Assembly: GCA_002731115.1 (NCBI GenBank)
Contig: PBZO01000015.1
Coordinates: 1,529-65,528 of the forward strand
Source: Candidatus Pacearchaeota archaeon
GTDB lineage: Archaea; Nanobdellota; Nanobdellia; Pacearchaeales; GW2011-AR1
DNA: 64,000 nt
Reading direction: 5' to 3'
Positions 56,266-63,782 of the stretch are shown here, one piece after another. The stretch's first letter is position 1. The number at the start of each line of letters is the position of its first letter. Both the position numbers and the translations under genes were made by a program. Under the pieces are notes generated by a model. That model searched no databases. It saw nothing but the letters and a program-made list of their open reading frames with translations, and was not told the origin of the DNA.

Positions 56266-57576
56266 TTATAACTTTTTCTCAATTTTAACAGCAGTTGGAG
56301 CTTCACCACCATGCCAGGTAAATCTTGGTCTGATTCTCATTGGATAAATTCTTTCTGAATTATCATCTAAGATTATTGCAGAACCCTTTAAGCTCGGTAA
56401 ATCATCCATATATTGTTTTATACCTGAAAGAAGATAACTTTGCATTATCTGATTTAATGCGTCTAAATCTTGAGCAGATGTAACTCTATGCGAGATTACA
56501 AGATCTGATTGAGTCATAACATCTCTATGAATCTGCCCGGGTTGTTGTGTTGCAAGAACCAAGGAAATTCCTGGTTGCCGTCCTTCTCTTAATAATTGAA
56601 CCAAAGCGTCTGTTGCTATTGTTTTTTTGTTTAATGGTAGAAATTCATGGGCTTCATCTATAAACATCCAAACTAAAGGGGATTCCTTTTTTTCAGCTGA
56701 AGATAGAAAATTGAGACCGGAGGATACTGATTTTATTTCTTCCTTTTTTCTTGCATCCATTCTTTGATTAAAAATTTTTCTTGAAACTAAGCTAATAACT
56801 AATGCTCTTACATTATAGGATCCTATAGAATTATATACACTTAAATCTAAAATAGAGGTGATCCCTGCAGAAATTAAATCTTTTACTTGAGTAGATTCCT
56901 CACTTTCTTTAGCAAATATTCCCCATGTATTTGCTGCTTCAAATAATCCTATTGCAGCATTTTTAGTTTCTTGAGAAGTTTTTTGATCGTTTTCTAAATT
57001 AGATATTATCTCATTAATATTAAAATCTCTTTTTTCTTTTAATTTAGTTATTGTCCTTTCAATTAAGACAGCTATAGGATTTGTGATATCTAATCCAAAA
57101 GTTATAACCCAGTCTTCGGAATTCATCTCTGTAATATCTAAAGCAAATTTTGAATCTGCAGGAATACCCTTTTCTAGATAATTATCATAATGACCGAATG
57201 GCACGAAAATTTTTACAGGAAGATTTTTGGGGTTTAATTCCCAATCCCTTAATAACTCCTTATCTTTTTCATTTTGAAATTTCATTGTCCAATAAATTCC
57301 CATTGTATCAAATATTAATGATGCAATATTTTGACTTGTATCTTTTGGCAAATTAGTTAATTCTTCTGCTATGACTCCAAGTGAATAACTTTTGCCCCCT
57401 CCTCTCTTTCCTGCTACGAGGACAACATGGCTTCTTGCAATATCCATCAAAATTCTATTAGAAAGAGAATTATACTGGCCCATTTTCACATAACTTTTTC
57501 CAATATTAATTAAACCTCTATCACCCAATATCTCTTTATCATATTCATTTCTCCCAACTACTATATTATATGGCAT
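56266..57576 (-). CDS. HerA/FtsK-like P-loop ATPase (DUF87-type)
   Basis: Short N-terminal barrel-like segment, Walker A VAGKRGGGKS, Walker B WMFIDEAHEF and LVLATQQPGQI. 436 aa. Confidence 0.65.
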   Translation of the reverse strand: MPYNIVVGRNEYDKEILGDRGLINIGKSYVKMGQYNSLSNRILMDIARSHVVLVAGKRGGGKSYSLGVIAEELTNLPKDTSQNIASLIFDTMGIYWTMKFQNEKDKELLRDWELNPKNLPVKIFVPFGHYDNYLEKGIPADSKFALDITEMNSEDWVITFGLDITNPIAVLIERTITKLKEKRDFNINEIISNLENDQKTSQETKNAAIGLFEAANTWGIFAKESEESTQVKDLISAGITSILDLSVYNSIGSYNVRALVISLVSRKIFNQRMDARKKEEIKSVSSGLNFLSSAEKKESPLVWMFIDEAHEFLPLNKKTIATDALVQLLREGRQPGISLVLATQQPGQIHRDVMTQSDLVISHRVTSAQDLDALNQIMQSYLLSGIKQYMDDLPSLKGSAIILDDNSERIYPMRIRPRFTWHGGEAPTAVKIEKKL

Positions 57577-57613
57577 ATTTAAAAAAAGTTAAATAGATTT
57601 TTAATTCTTTGGT

Positions 57614-58804
57614 TTAAATAGGCTTATCCAAATAATTAATTTCTTCATCACTAAGCCTTAATTCTCTTCTTACTTCAGGATTTTTTAGGATATTCCTTAT
57701 TATTGGAAATTCACTCATTATGCGCTTCTCTCCAACATGAACCTTTCTCGCATATTTTTTAGCAATTGATTTTTTCTTAAATGTCTTTTGATTATTCATC
57801 CATATTTTCAATATTCTTGTTGGTTTTTTATAACTTGTAAATCCTGGTTTTACATCTTTTTTTGAAGATGAAACCCCATAACTTAATAAAATGTTTTCAT
57901 AAACCAAAAATCTCCAATATTGCTGTCTGTAAATTCTTTTTCTAAATATGTCAACCTTGCTTAGTAAATCATATGCTCTTTTTAATTCTCTTCTCTGATA
58001 TTCTGCAGGAATATTCTCTTCAACCCACAAAATTATCTCATCTATAGGCATTTTTACAGAGTCATATATACTTAGAGTCTCATTTGTTGGTTTTCCTTTA
58101 AAAACTAACTTTAATGCATTAAAAATATCTGTCTCCTTATTTCTCTCATCAACTAAATTACTAGAAGGGTCTTTTGTAATTGATGCTGTTTGCAAGTCAT
58201 TTATTGCAGATCTTAAATCTCCCTTAGCATTTATTGCAATCTTTGTTAAAAAATTATTATTAATAAAATTGTTTTCCTTTCTTAAAACATTAATCATAAC
58301 ATCTTTTATTGAATTGTAATTAATTTCCTTTAATCTTACAAGCTCTGATTTCTTTCTTAACCCACTTAATTTAGGAGCCCAGATATTATTTGCAGTTATA
58401 ATTATCGGATAATTTGTAAGAGTAATTAAAGATAATAATTCCATTAATCCTCCCCTATCAACAGCAGAAATCCCATCAACTTCATCAACTAGAATTATCT
58501 TACCTTTTCTTATTAGTGATTTTTGTTCAATTGCAGGTCTTAGAATTTCCTTTAATTTTAGTTTATTTCTCAAATCAGATGCATTTAATTCAAATATCTC
58601 TAAATTTTCTTCTTTTGCAATTACATGTGCCAGAGTTGTTTTTCCAATTCCCGGAGGTCCATGAAGAACTAATGCTTTTCTTGGAGTTTTTGTTAGTTTT
58701 CCCAAATAAAAAGTTCCAATAAAATTTTTTATCTTTAATATCGCTTCATCTTGATCTTTAATTTCGTGGAGAGATTTTGGTCTATGTTTTTCAGTCCATT
58801 GCAT
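57614..58804 (-). CDS. rfcL: Replication factor C large subunit
   Basis: QWTEKHRPKSLHEI, GPPGIGKTT, ELNASDLR, VDEVDG and GDLRSAINDLQ. Confidence 0.85.
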   Translation of the reverse strand: MQWTEKHRPKSLHEIKDQDEAILKIKNFIGTFYLGKLTKTPRKALVLHGPPGIGKTTLAHVIAKEENLEIFELNASDLRNKLKLKEILRPAIEQKSLIRKGKIILVDEVDGISAVDRGGLMELLSLITLTNYPIIITANNIWAPKLSGLRKKSELVRLKEINYNSIKDVMINVLRKENNFINNNFLTKIAINAKGDLRSAINDLQTASITKDPSSNLVDERNKETDIFNALKLVFKGKPTNETLSIYDSVKMPIDEIILWVEENIPAEYQRRELKRAYDLLSKVDIFRKRIYRQQYWRFLVYENILLSYGVSSSKKDVKPGFTSYKKPTRILKIWMNNQKTFKKKSIAKKYARKVHVGEKRIMSEFPIIRNILKNPEVRRELRLSDEEINYLDKPI

Positions 58805-58828
58805 TTTAATTATAAATTATATTTATCT

Positions 58829-59005
58829 CTAAAAAATTTCACCTTTTCTTCTAATTTTTCTTAATTTTCTTATTAATACTCTTTCTATTTCTTTTAATTT
58901 TGATTTATGAAATACCCTATATCTATCTAACCATCCACTTTCAAGAGAATCTTCTTTACAAAATTTGTAATATATATTATGATATCTCTCCATAATAGAA
59001 TTCAT
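58829..59005 (-). CDS. Candidate small basic protein (58 aa) between rfcS and rfcL
   Basis: ATG 2 nt after the rfcS stop, and a stop 24 nt before the rfcL ATG. MNSIMERYHNIYYKFCKEDSLESGWLDRYRVFHKSKLKEIERVLIRKLRKIRRKGEIF. Supported by position only. Confidence 0.3.
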   Translation of the reverse strand: MNSIMERYHNIYYKFCKEDSLESGWLDRYRVFHKSKLKEIERVLIRKLRKIRRKGEIF

Positions 59006-59007
59006 TT

Positions 59008-59967
59008 TTATTTACCAATTCCTGCAAGCACAAAACTTGCAATAAGTGACTGTAATTGAATAAAAGGATCAGATCCTTCAACAATTCTAAATTCAGTTTC
59101 TCCTGTTTTCTCAGTTAGTTTTACTTTTAGTTCTGGTTCTACTGGAAGATTCCATATCTCTTTTTGAATTGCTTTAATTATATCTTCGCCCGAGATACTT
59201 TCTTTTAACATAACATCAAGAAGTTTTTCTCTTGATTTCTGAAAATCTCCTGATAATGCATAATCAAGAATAATCTTGATATCTTTTGGTTTTGAACTAG
59301 AAAGTATTGTTGAAATAAGCTCAGAATTTATATCTGGAGAGATGGATGCTGTTGATTGAATTAAATTAATGCATCTTCTGCAATCTCCTTCACTACCTTC
59401 GTATAATGCTTCTATTGAATTTTGATCTATTGTTAAATTCTCAGTTTCTGCAATTTTTTTAATTACTCTTTCAATATCTTTTTTCTCCAAGATTTTAAAT
59501 CTAAAAAGTACACATCTTGATTGAATAGGATCAATAACCTTACTTGAATAATTAACACTCAGGATAAATCTGCATGTTGCTGAATAATTTTCCATTGTTC
59601 TTCTTAAGGCTTGTTGAGCTTCTGGAGTTAATGCATCAGCTTCATCGAGAAATATTACTTTAAAAGGAACACTCCCTAGTGATTTTGTTCTTGCAAAATT
59701 TTTCACTTTCTCTCTTACAATTTGTATACCTCTTTCATCTGAGGCATTTAATTCTAGATAATTCTCTTTCCAGTTTTCTTTAAATAGTTCTTTTACAATT
59801 ATTAGTGCTAATGTTGATTTTCCTGTTCCTGCAGGTCCTGCAAATAAGAAATGAGGAATATTGAGTGAATTTGTTAGTGCTTCAACTCTTTTTATAATTT
59901 CTTCTTGCCCAACAACATCAGAGAATCTAGAAGGGCGAAATTTTTCTGTCCAGATTTCGCTTTCCAT
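59008..59967 (-). CDS. rfcS: Replication factor C small subunit
   Basis: WTEKFRPSRFSDVVGQ, GPAGTGKST, DEADALT and the SRC motif QSRCVLFRF. Confidence 0.9.
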   Translation of the reverse strand: MESEIWTEKFRPSRFSDVVGQEEIIKRVEALTNSLNIPHFLFAGPAGTGKSTLALIIVKELFKENWKENYLELNASDERGIQIVREKVKNFARTKSLGSVPFKVIFLDEADALTPEAQQALRRTMENYSATCRFILSVNYSSKVIDPIQSRCVLFRFKILEKKDIERVIKKIAETENLTIDQNSIEALYEGSEGDCRRCINLIQSTASISPDINSELISTILSSSKPKDIKIILDYALSGDFQKSREKLLDVMLKESISGEDIIKAIQKEIWNLPVEPELKVKLTEKTGETEFRIVEGSDPFIQLQSLIASFVLAGIGK

Positions 59968-60065
59968 AAAAAGTTAAAATTAGATTTGCTTATAAAGATT
60001 TTGATGGTTAAGAATTATTATATTGTATTTAAAGAATAAACTCCCTTTGTTTAAGAAGAATTCCT

Positions 60066-60185
60066 TCATCTACCTTTTTTTAGTAAATTCCCTGTTTGAA
60101 TTGATTCATTTCCAAAAAATTTAGATATTTCTTGTCTCCTAAGATCATAATCACCACTCCATTTCTTCCAATCATAAAATTTCAT
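60066..60185 (-). CDS. Candidate 39-aa ORF downstream of L41e
   Basis: MKFYDWKKWSGDYDLRRQEISKFFGNESIQTGNLLKKGR. The ATG lies 28 nt after the L41e stop, and no family is recognised. Weak. Confidence 0.2.
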   Translation of the reverse strand: MKFYDWKKWSGDYDLRRQEISKFFGNESIQTGNLLKKGR

Positions 60186-60213
60186 AATATTTTTATTAGT
60201 AATTTCTCTTATA

Positions 60214-60330
60214 TTATTTACTTCTAGCACGTCTAACTTTTCTTTTATGCTTTTCTTTTCTAAGTCTTTTACGTTGCCATTTCCAACGCATTTGACGTTT
60301 TTTTTTCCATCTACGGCTTGATCGCTTCAT
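60214..60330 (-). CDS. rpl41e: Ribosomal protein L41e-like (38 aa)
   Basis: Missing from the ORF track. MKRSSRRWKKKRQMRWKWQRKRLRKEKHKRKVRRARSK is extremely basic, with the (K/R)W(R/K)KKR ... RxRSK pattern of eL41. Confidence 0.6.
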   Translation of the reverse strand: MKRSSRRWKKKRQMRWKWQRKRLRKEKHKRKVRRARSK

Positions 60331-60423
60331 AGAATTTTGAAGAAGATATTAGTTTAAAAAGTTTGCGCAAAAACTATTTGGTATCATGTAAATCTTTAAA
60401 TAATTATATAATTTATAAATCTC

Positions 60424-60729
60424 ATGTTAAAAGATTATAAAATTAACTATCTTCAGATTAATAATCAAAACATACTAACTATAGAATCCCCTCAAGGAGA
60501 AAAATATGGTCTTGCAGAGTGTATTGAAGAAGAAAGTTATTTTTCTTTATCATCAGAACAAGTAAAAGACCTGGTGAATGAGATGAGAAAAGTAACTCCG
60601 AAGAAAATTCCTATAAAGGAAAGTAAATTAGTTGCAGATTTAATTGAACATGTTGAGAAAGGGGGTCCAGGTATCCCTTCTAACCTAATACTAGAGGAAA
60701 CAAGAAATATTCTTGGCGATAGGGACTAA
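60424..60729 (+). CDS. Hypothetical protein
   Basis: 101-aa acidic ORF whose stop abuts the convergent nth stop. No family recognised. Confidence 0.45.
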   Translation: MLKDYKINYLQINNQNILTIESPQGEKYGLAECIEEESYFSLSSEQVKDLVNEMRKVTPKKIPIKESKLVADLIEHVEKGGPGIPSNLILEETRNILGDRD

Positions 60730-61383
60730 TCACCGACTCCTTTTTACTCCGATTCTTTCGCAATATCTTCTAATTAGGCATTTAGAACACCATGGGGAAA
60801 TTGGTTGACATATAGTCTGTCCAAATAAGACAAATATGGCATTAAATTCATTCCAATATTTTCTTGGAAGAATTTTTTCAAGTTCAAATTCAGTTTGTTT
60901 AGGAGTTTTAGTTTTAATCCATCCAAGCCTATTAGGGATTCTATGACAATGAGTGTCAATTGGTAGAACTTGTTTTCCGAAAGCAAAAGCTAAAACTATA
61001 TTTGCTGTTTTTGGACCAACTCCCTTTATAGATAGTAATTCTTCTTTATTTTTTGGGACTTTATTATCATATTTTTTAATTAAAATCGATGAAACATTTT
61101 TTAATATTCTTGATTTCTTCTTATAGTGCCCTGATGAAAATATTAACTTTTCTAGTTTTTTTATTGGAAGTTTTATAATTTTCTTAGGTGTATCTGCAAC
61201 GGCATAAAGTTTTCTTGAAGAAATTTCAGTATTTTTATCCCGTGTCCTTAATGATAATAAACAAGAGATTAAAATCTTAAATGCATTTGGTTTTTTTCTC
61301 ATACGATTTAATGTAGTCTTTTCATTAGAAGGATATTCTTTTGAAAGTATTTTCATAATTCTCTCTATTTGTTTCTTTTTCAT
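60730..61383 (-). CDS. nth: Endonuclease III (HhH-GPD DNA glycosylase/AP lyase)
   Basis: HhH-GPD (LLSIKGVGPKTANIVL), catalytic D (PIDTH) and 4Fe-4S cluster CQPISPWCSKCLIRRYC. Start set at the ATG at 61383, because the ORF-track start at 61461 reads through tRNA-Glu. Confidence 0.85.
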   Translation of the reverse strand: MKKKQIERIMKILSKEYPSNEKTTLNRMRKKPNAFKILISCLLSLRTRDKNTEISSRKLYAVADTPKKIIKLPIKKLEKLIFSSGHYKKKSRILKNVSSILIKKYDNKVPKNKEELLSIKGVGPKTANIVLAFAFGKQVLPIDTHCHRIPNRLGWIKTKTPKQTEFELEKILPRKYWNEFNAIFVLFGQTICQPISPWCSKCLIRRYCERIGVKRSR

Positions 61384-61394
61384 TTGAATATTAA

Positions 61395-61544
61395 CGCCCC
61401 CGCCGGGATTTGAACCCGGGTCACCACCGTTCCCTAAAAAGAGATTTGCATTTAGATGCATAGATCTTATCTCTCATCGAGATTTAATCACCTCTTCTCT
61501 AGATTTTGAGAGGGTGGAATCCTTGGCCGCTAGACTACAGGGGC
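61395..61544 (-). tRNA. tRNA-Glu (anticodon CTC) with a 77-nt intron at the canonical 37/38 position
   Basis: Exons 61544-61507 and 61429-61395, with the intron at 61506-61430. Acceptor GCCCCTG/CGGGGGC, anticodon stem CCACC/GGTGG, loop CTCTCA^C and T-arm CCGGG-TTCAAAT-CCCGG. A BHB-like fold has helix CTCT/AGGG flanked by 3-nt bulges CAA and AAC. Confidence 0.75.
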
Positions 61545-61568
61545 ATGTAGAAAATTAAGAATAATTGT

Positions 61569-61576
61569 TTTATAAA
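61569..61576 (-). promoter_or_regulatory. TATA box for tRNA-Glu
   Basis: Palindromic TTTATAAA is centred about 28 nt upstream of the tRNA 5' end at 61544, within the 38-nt gap after the upstream gene. Confidence 0.4.
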
Positions 61577-61582
61577 TTTATT

Positions 61583-61834
61583 TTATTTAATTAAGAAAAC
61601 TCTGTCATTTGGTCTTACTTTTTCAGGGACTTTTATTCCAATATGCTCTCCTTTTTTTGCTTCTTTTACACTTTCTTTTTCTATTTGTATACTTTCTATT
61701 CCTACTTCAAAATCAGTAGTATTTCCTTTTATATGAATCTTGTCACCGACTTTTAGTTTACCTGAGAGTTTTATTGCAGCAACACTTACATGACTAAAAT
61801 AGCTAGAAACTTTTCCAATCTCTTTTTCTGCCAT
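61583..61834 (-). CDS. Small EF-Tu-domain-2-like beta-barrel protein (translation elongation factor-like protein)
   Basis: 83 aa. IGKVSSYFSHVSVAAIKLSGKLKVGDKIHIKGNTTDF...IQIEKESVKEAKKGEHIGIKV matches the stand-alone GTP_EFTU_D2-like family as I remember it. Confidence 0.55.
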   Translation of the reverse strand: MAEKEIGKVSSYFSHVSVAAIKLSGKLKVGDKIHIKGNTTDFEVGIESIQIEKESVKEAKKGEHIGIKVPEKVRPNDRVFLIK

Positions 61835-61873
61835 CTTTCATGTAGGAATCTAGAATATATAAATTTTACTAAA

Positions 61874-61947
61874 TAGCCCTAGCAGGATTCGAACCTGCGT
61901 CACGAGATTCAGAGTCTCGTATCCTTGACCAACTAGACTATAGGGCT
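61874..61947 (-). tRNA. tRNA-Gln (anticodon CTG)
   Basis: The reverse complement is AGCCCTA-TA-GTCT..GGAT-A-CGAGA-CTCTGAA-TCTCG-TGAC-GCAGG-TTCGAAT-CCTGC-TAGGGCT-A. The A1-U72 first pair is typical of archaeal tRNA-Gln. Confidence 0.85.
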
Positions 61948-62033
61948 TTGTTAGTATTTTTCTGTAAATTAAGTATAAAAGTTTATTGATATGTTTTAGA
62001 AATATTTTTATAGTCATTGTTCTTTTTGTAATT

Positions 62034-62339
62034 ATGGCCATGGGCATTACTCTGCTTGTTATATCTGTATTAAGTATTGCTATATGGGTAATTATAGAAA
62101 TAAAGAGGTTAAAACATAAGTTATTTGCAATATTTCTAATAGGATTATTATTATTTGCATATTTTGGTTCTTTAGTCGCATTTAAGGGGGAAGATATTGA
62201 TTACAAAACAATACCTGGATTAATTGATGCAACTAAAATTTATTTTTCTTGGCTTAGTTTTATCTTTAATAATATGAAAACTATAACTGCGGGGGCAGTT
62301 CAGATGGATTGGGAAAGTAATGAGACTATTAAATCATAG
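62034..62339 (+). CDS. Hypothetical membrane protein
   Basis: Two or three TM helices. The start is uncertain, either the ATG at 62034 or the TTG at 61986 in the ORF track. Confidence 0.4.
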   Translation: MAMGITLLVISVLSIAIWVIIEIKRLKHKLFAIFLIGLLLFAYFGSLVAFKGEDIDYKTIPGLIDATKIYFSWLSFIFNNMKTITAGAVQMDWESNETIKS

Positions 62340-62387
62340 GTTATTTAGAGAAAAGATTAAAAACCCTTTATTCTTAATAATATAAGC

Positions 62388-62663
62388 ATGGCTAAAAAAA
62401 GGGTGAAAAAATCTAGGAAAGTTAGAAAATCTGTTAGAAAGTCAAAAAAATCAAGTCCTAAAAAAAATAAAGTAGGTTTGGTTTTAAAAAATTTAGTTTT
62501 ATCTATTGTTTTGTTTGTTTTATCATTATTTCTATATAATGTTTCTTCAAATGAATTATTAAGTAATTTATTTTGGATTCTTGCATTAATAACAGGATTT
62601 GTTAGTCTAGCATTTTTAATTGCATGGTTAGCATTAATTGTTCTTAGATATTCAAATAAATAA
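62388..62663 (+). CDS. Small membrane protein with a poly-basic N-terminus
   Basis: 91 aa. MAKKRVKKSRKVRKSVRKSKKSSPKKNK followed by two TM helices. Confidence 0.45.
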   Translation: MAKKRVKKSRKVRKSVRKSKKSSPKKNKVGLVLKNLVLSIVLFVLSLFLYNVSSNELLSNLFWILALITGFVSLAFLIAWLALIVLRYSNK

Positions 62664-62665
62664 TT

Positions 62666-62673
62666 TTTTATAA
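62666..62673 (+). promoter_or_regulatory. TATA box for tRNA-Thr
   Basis: TTTTATAA is centred about 27 nt upstream of the tRNA 5' end at 62697. Confidence 0.4.
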
Positions 62674-62696
62674 GTTTTTTCTTAGATTTCTAGTAT

Positions 62697-62770
62697 GCCT
62701 CAGTAGCTCAGTTGGTTAGAGCGTTACATTGGTAATGTAGAGGTCCTGAGTTCAATCCTCAGCTGAGGCT
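62697..62770 (+). tRNA. tRNA-Thr (anticodon GGT)
   Basis: GCCTCAG-TA-GCTC..GAGC-G-TTACA-TTGGTAA-TGTAG-AGGTC-CTGAG-TTCAATC-CTCAG-CTGAGGC-T. Confidence 0.85.
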
Positions 62771-62966
62771 TGTATTGTTAATATTACAATTACTAAATAA
62801 TTATGATATTGACTCTTTTATCTATTTTCTAAGGGTAATTAGGTATAAAAGAGCTCTTTAGTCAAAATAGATATTGAAAAGAATCTAGAAAGAAGATGAT
62901 TGTATTACTTTTTAGGGAGTTTCACTTAAGGATTAGATTTATAAAACCTTATTCTTAGAGTGAAAT

Positions 62967-63452
62967 ATGAGAAAAGAATGTAATTTAGATAATTTAAAAG
63001 AAGATTATAAGAAGATACAAAAAGAATATAGTTTACCTAGTTTTGAAAAATTAAATGAGGATTTTCAAATAGAAAAAATTGCAGAAGTTGAGACAGATTG
63101 TTTAGTAAGAGAAATAAGAAAATTTGTTGCAGATAAATTCTCAAATTATCTAAGATTTATTGAGGCTATTTTACACCCAGTAAATGCTCCAATGTTTATT
63201 TTCTCTGTGATTAAATCAATTGATATTGAAGATAAAAATAAGTTAGTAGAGATCTATAAAAAATTAGCAAAAACAGAAGTTAGATTAGTTGAAGTAGATG
63301 TTGATTTCTCCTTAAAAAAGGAAGCTGAATTTATTAATGAATCTTATAAGTTATGGCAGGGAATTAAAAAAGATTTACTTGATGTTATTGATAAAATAAA
63401 GAAGAATTGGGATAATAAGTTTGAAGTTAATAACAAGGGTTATTTTGGCTAG
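62967..63452 (+). CDS. Hypothetical helical protein
   Basis: 161-aa ORF with normal local codon usage. No family recognised. Confidence 0.5.
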   Translation: MRKECNLDNLKEDYKKIQKEYSLPSFEKLNEDFQIEKIAEVETDCLVREIRKFVADKFSNYLRFIEAILHPVNAPMFIFSVIKSIDIEDKNKLVEIYKKLAKTEVRLVEVDVDFSLKKEAEFINESYKLWQGIKKDLLDVIDKIKKNWDNKFEVNNKGYFG

Positions 63453-63455
63453 GAT

Positions 63456-63782
63456 TTATAAAAACAATAATATAATTCCAATTATTAAAAATATATCCAA
63501 GAGTATTTCGAATTTGTTTATTTTTTCAATCATCCCAAATTCTTTAATTGTCATCTTTTCTTTAATTTTAAGAATATTCAAATGAGTATAATCCATAAAT
63601 AAATGAGAATAATACCCTAATCCGATAATCCAAAACCAAGTCTTATTATAATAATACAATAAGATAATAATTAATGTAATTAAGATAATCCCAATATAAT
63701 GATGGATAAAACTTCGACCCTTATAAAGTCCATTAATTGCTCTATTCCAAGCATGTTTTATATTCATTTCCTTATAACGCAA
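63456..63782 (-). CDS. Membrane-bound metal-dependent hydrolase-like protein (DUF457/YdjM-like), 5' end unresolved
   Basis: TM helices with His-rich motifs (SFIHHYIG, YYSHLFMDYTH). The same frame stays open upstream to about 63922 and encodes ...LLVDIDH..., but contains no ATG, GTG or TTG (see finding). Confidence 0.5.
   Translation of the reverse strand: MRYKEMNIKHAWNRAINGLYKGRSFIHHYIGIILITLIIILLYYYNKTWFWIIGLGYYSHLFMDYTHLNILKIKEKMTIKEFGMIEKINKFEILLDIFLIIGIILLFL

Noticed and set aside
60356-60376. Palindrome-like TTTGCGCAAA in the divergent rpl41e/orf101 promoter, considered as an operator site.
   Set aside because: Only 10 bp are truly palindromic and the flanks do not extend the symmetry, so it is too short to separate from chance.
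61384-61461. 5' extension of the nth ORF (243-aa version in the ORF track).
   Set aside because: The extension is the translation of the tRNA-Glu 3' exon and intron (…GGDPGSNPGGG…). The Nth homology starts at the ATG at 61383.
61430-61506. Possible C/D-box guide RNA inside the tRNA-Glu intron.
   Set aside because: There are only imperfect C-like boxes (GTGATTA, CGATGAG) and no CTGA D or D' box anywhere in the intron, so a k-turn cannot be formed.
61850-62047. 65-aa minus-strand ORF.
   Set aside because: It reads straight through the tRNA-Gln gene (61874-61947), so it is a spurious translation.
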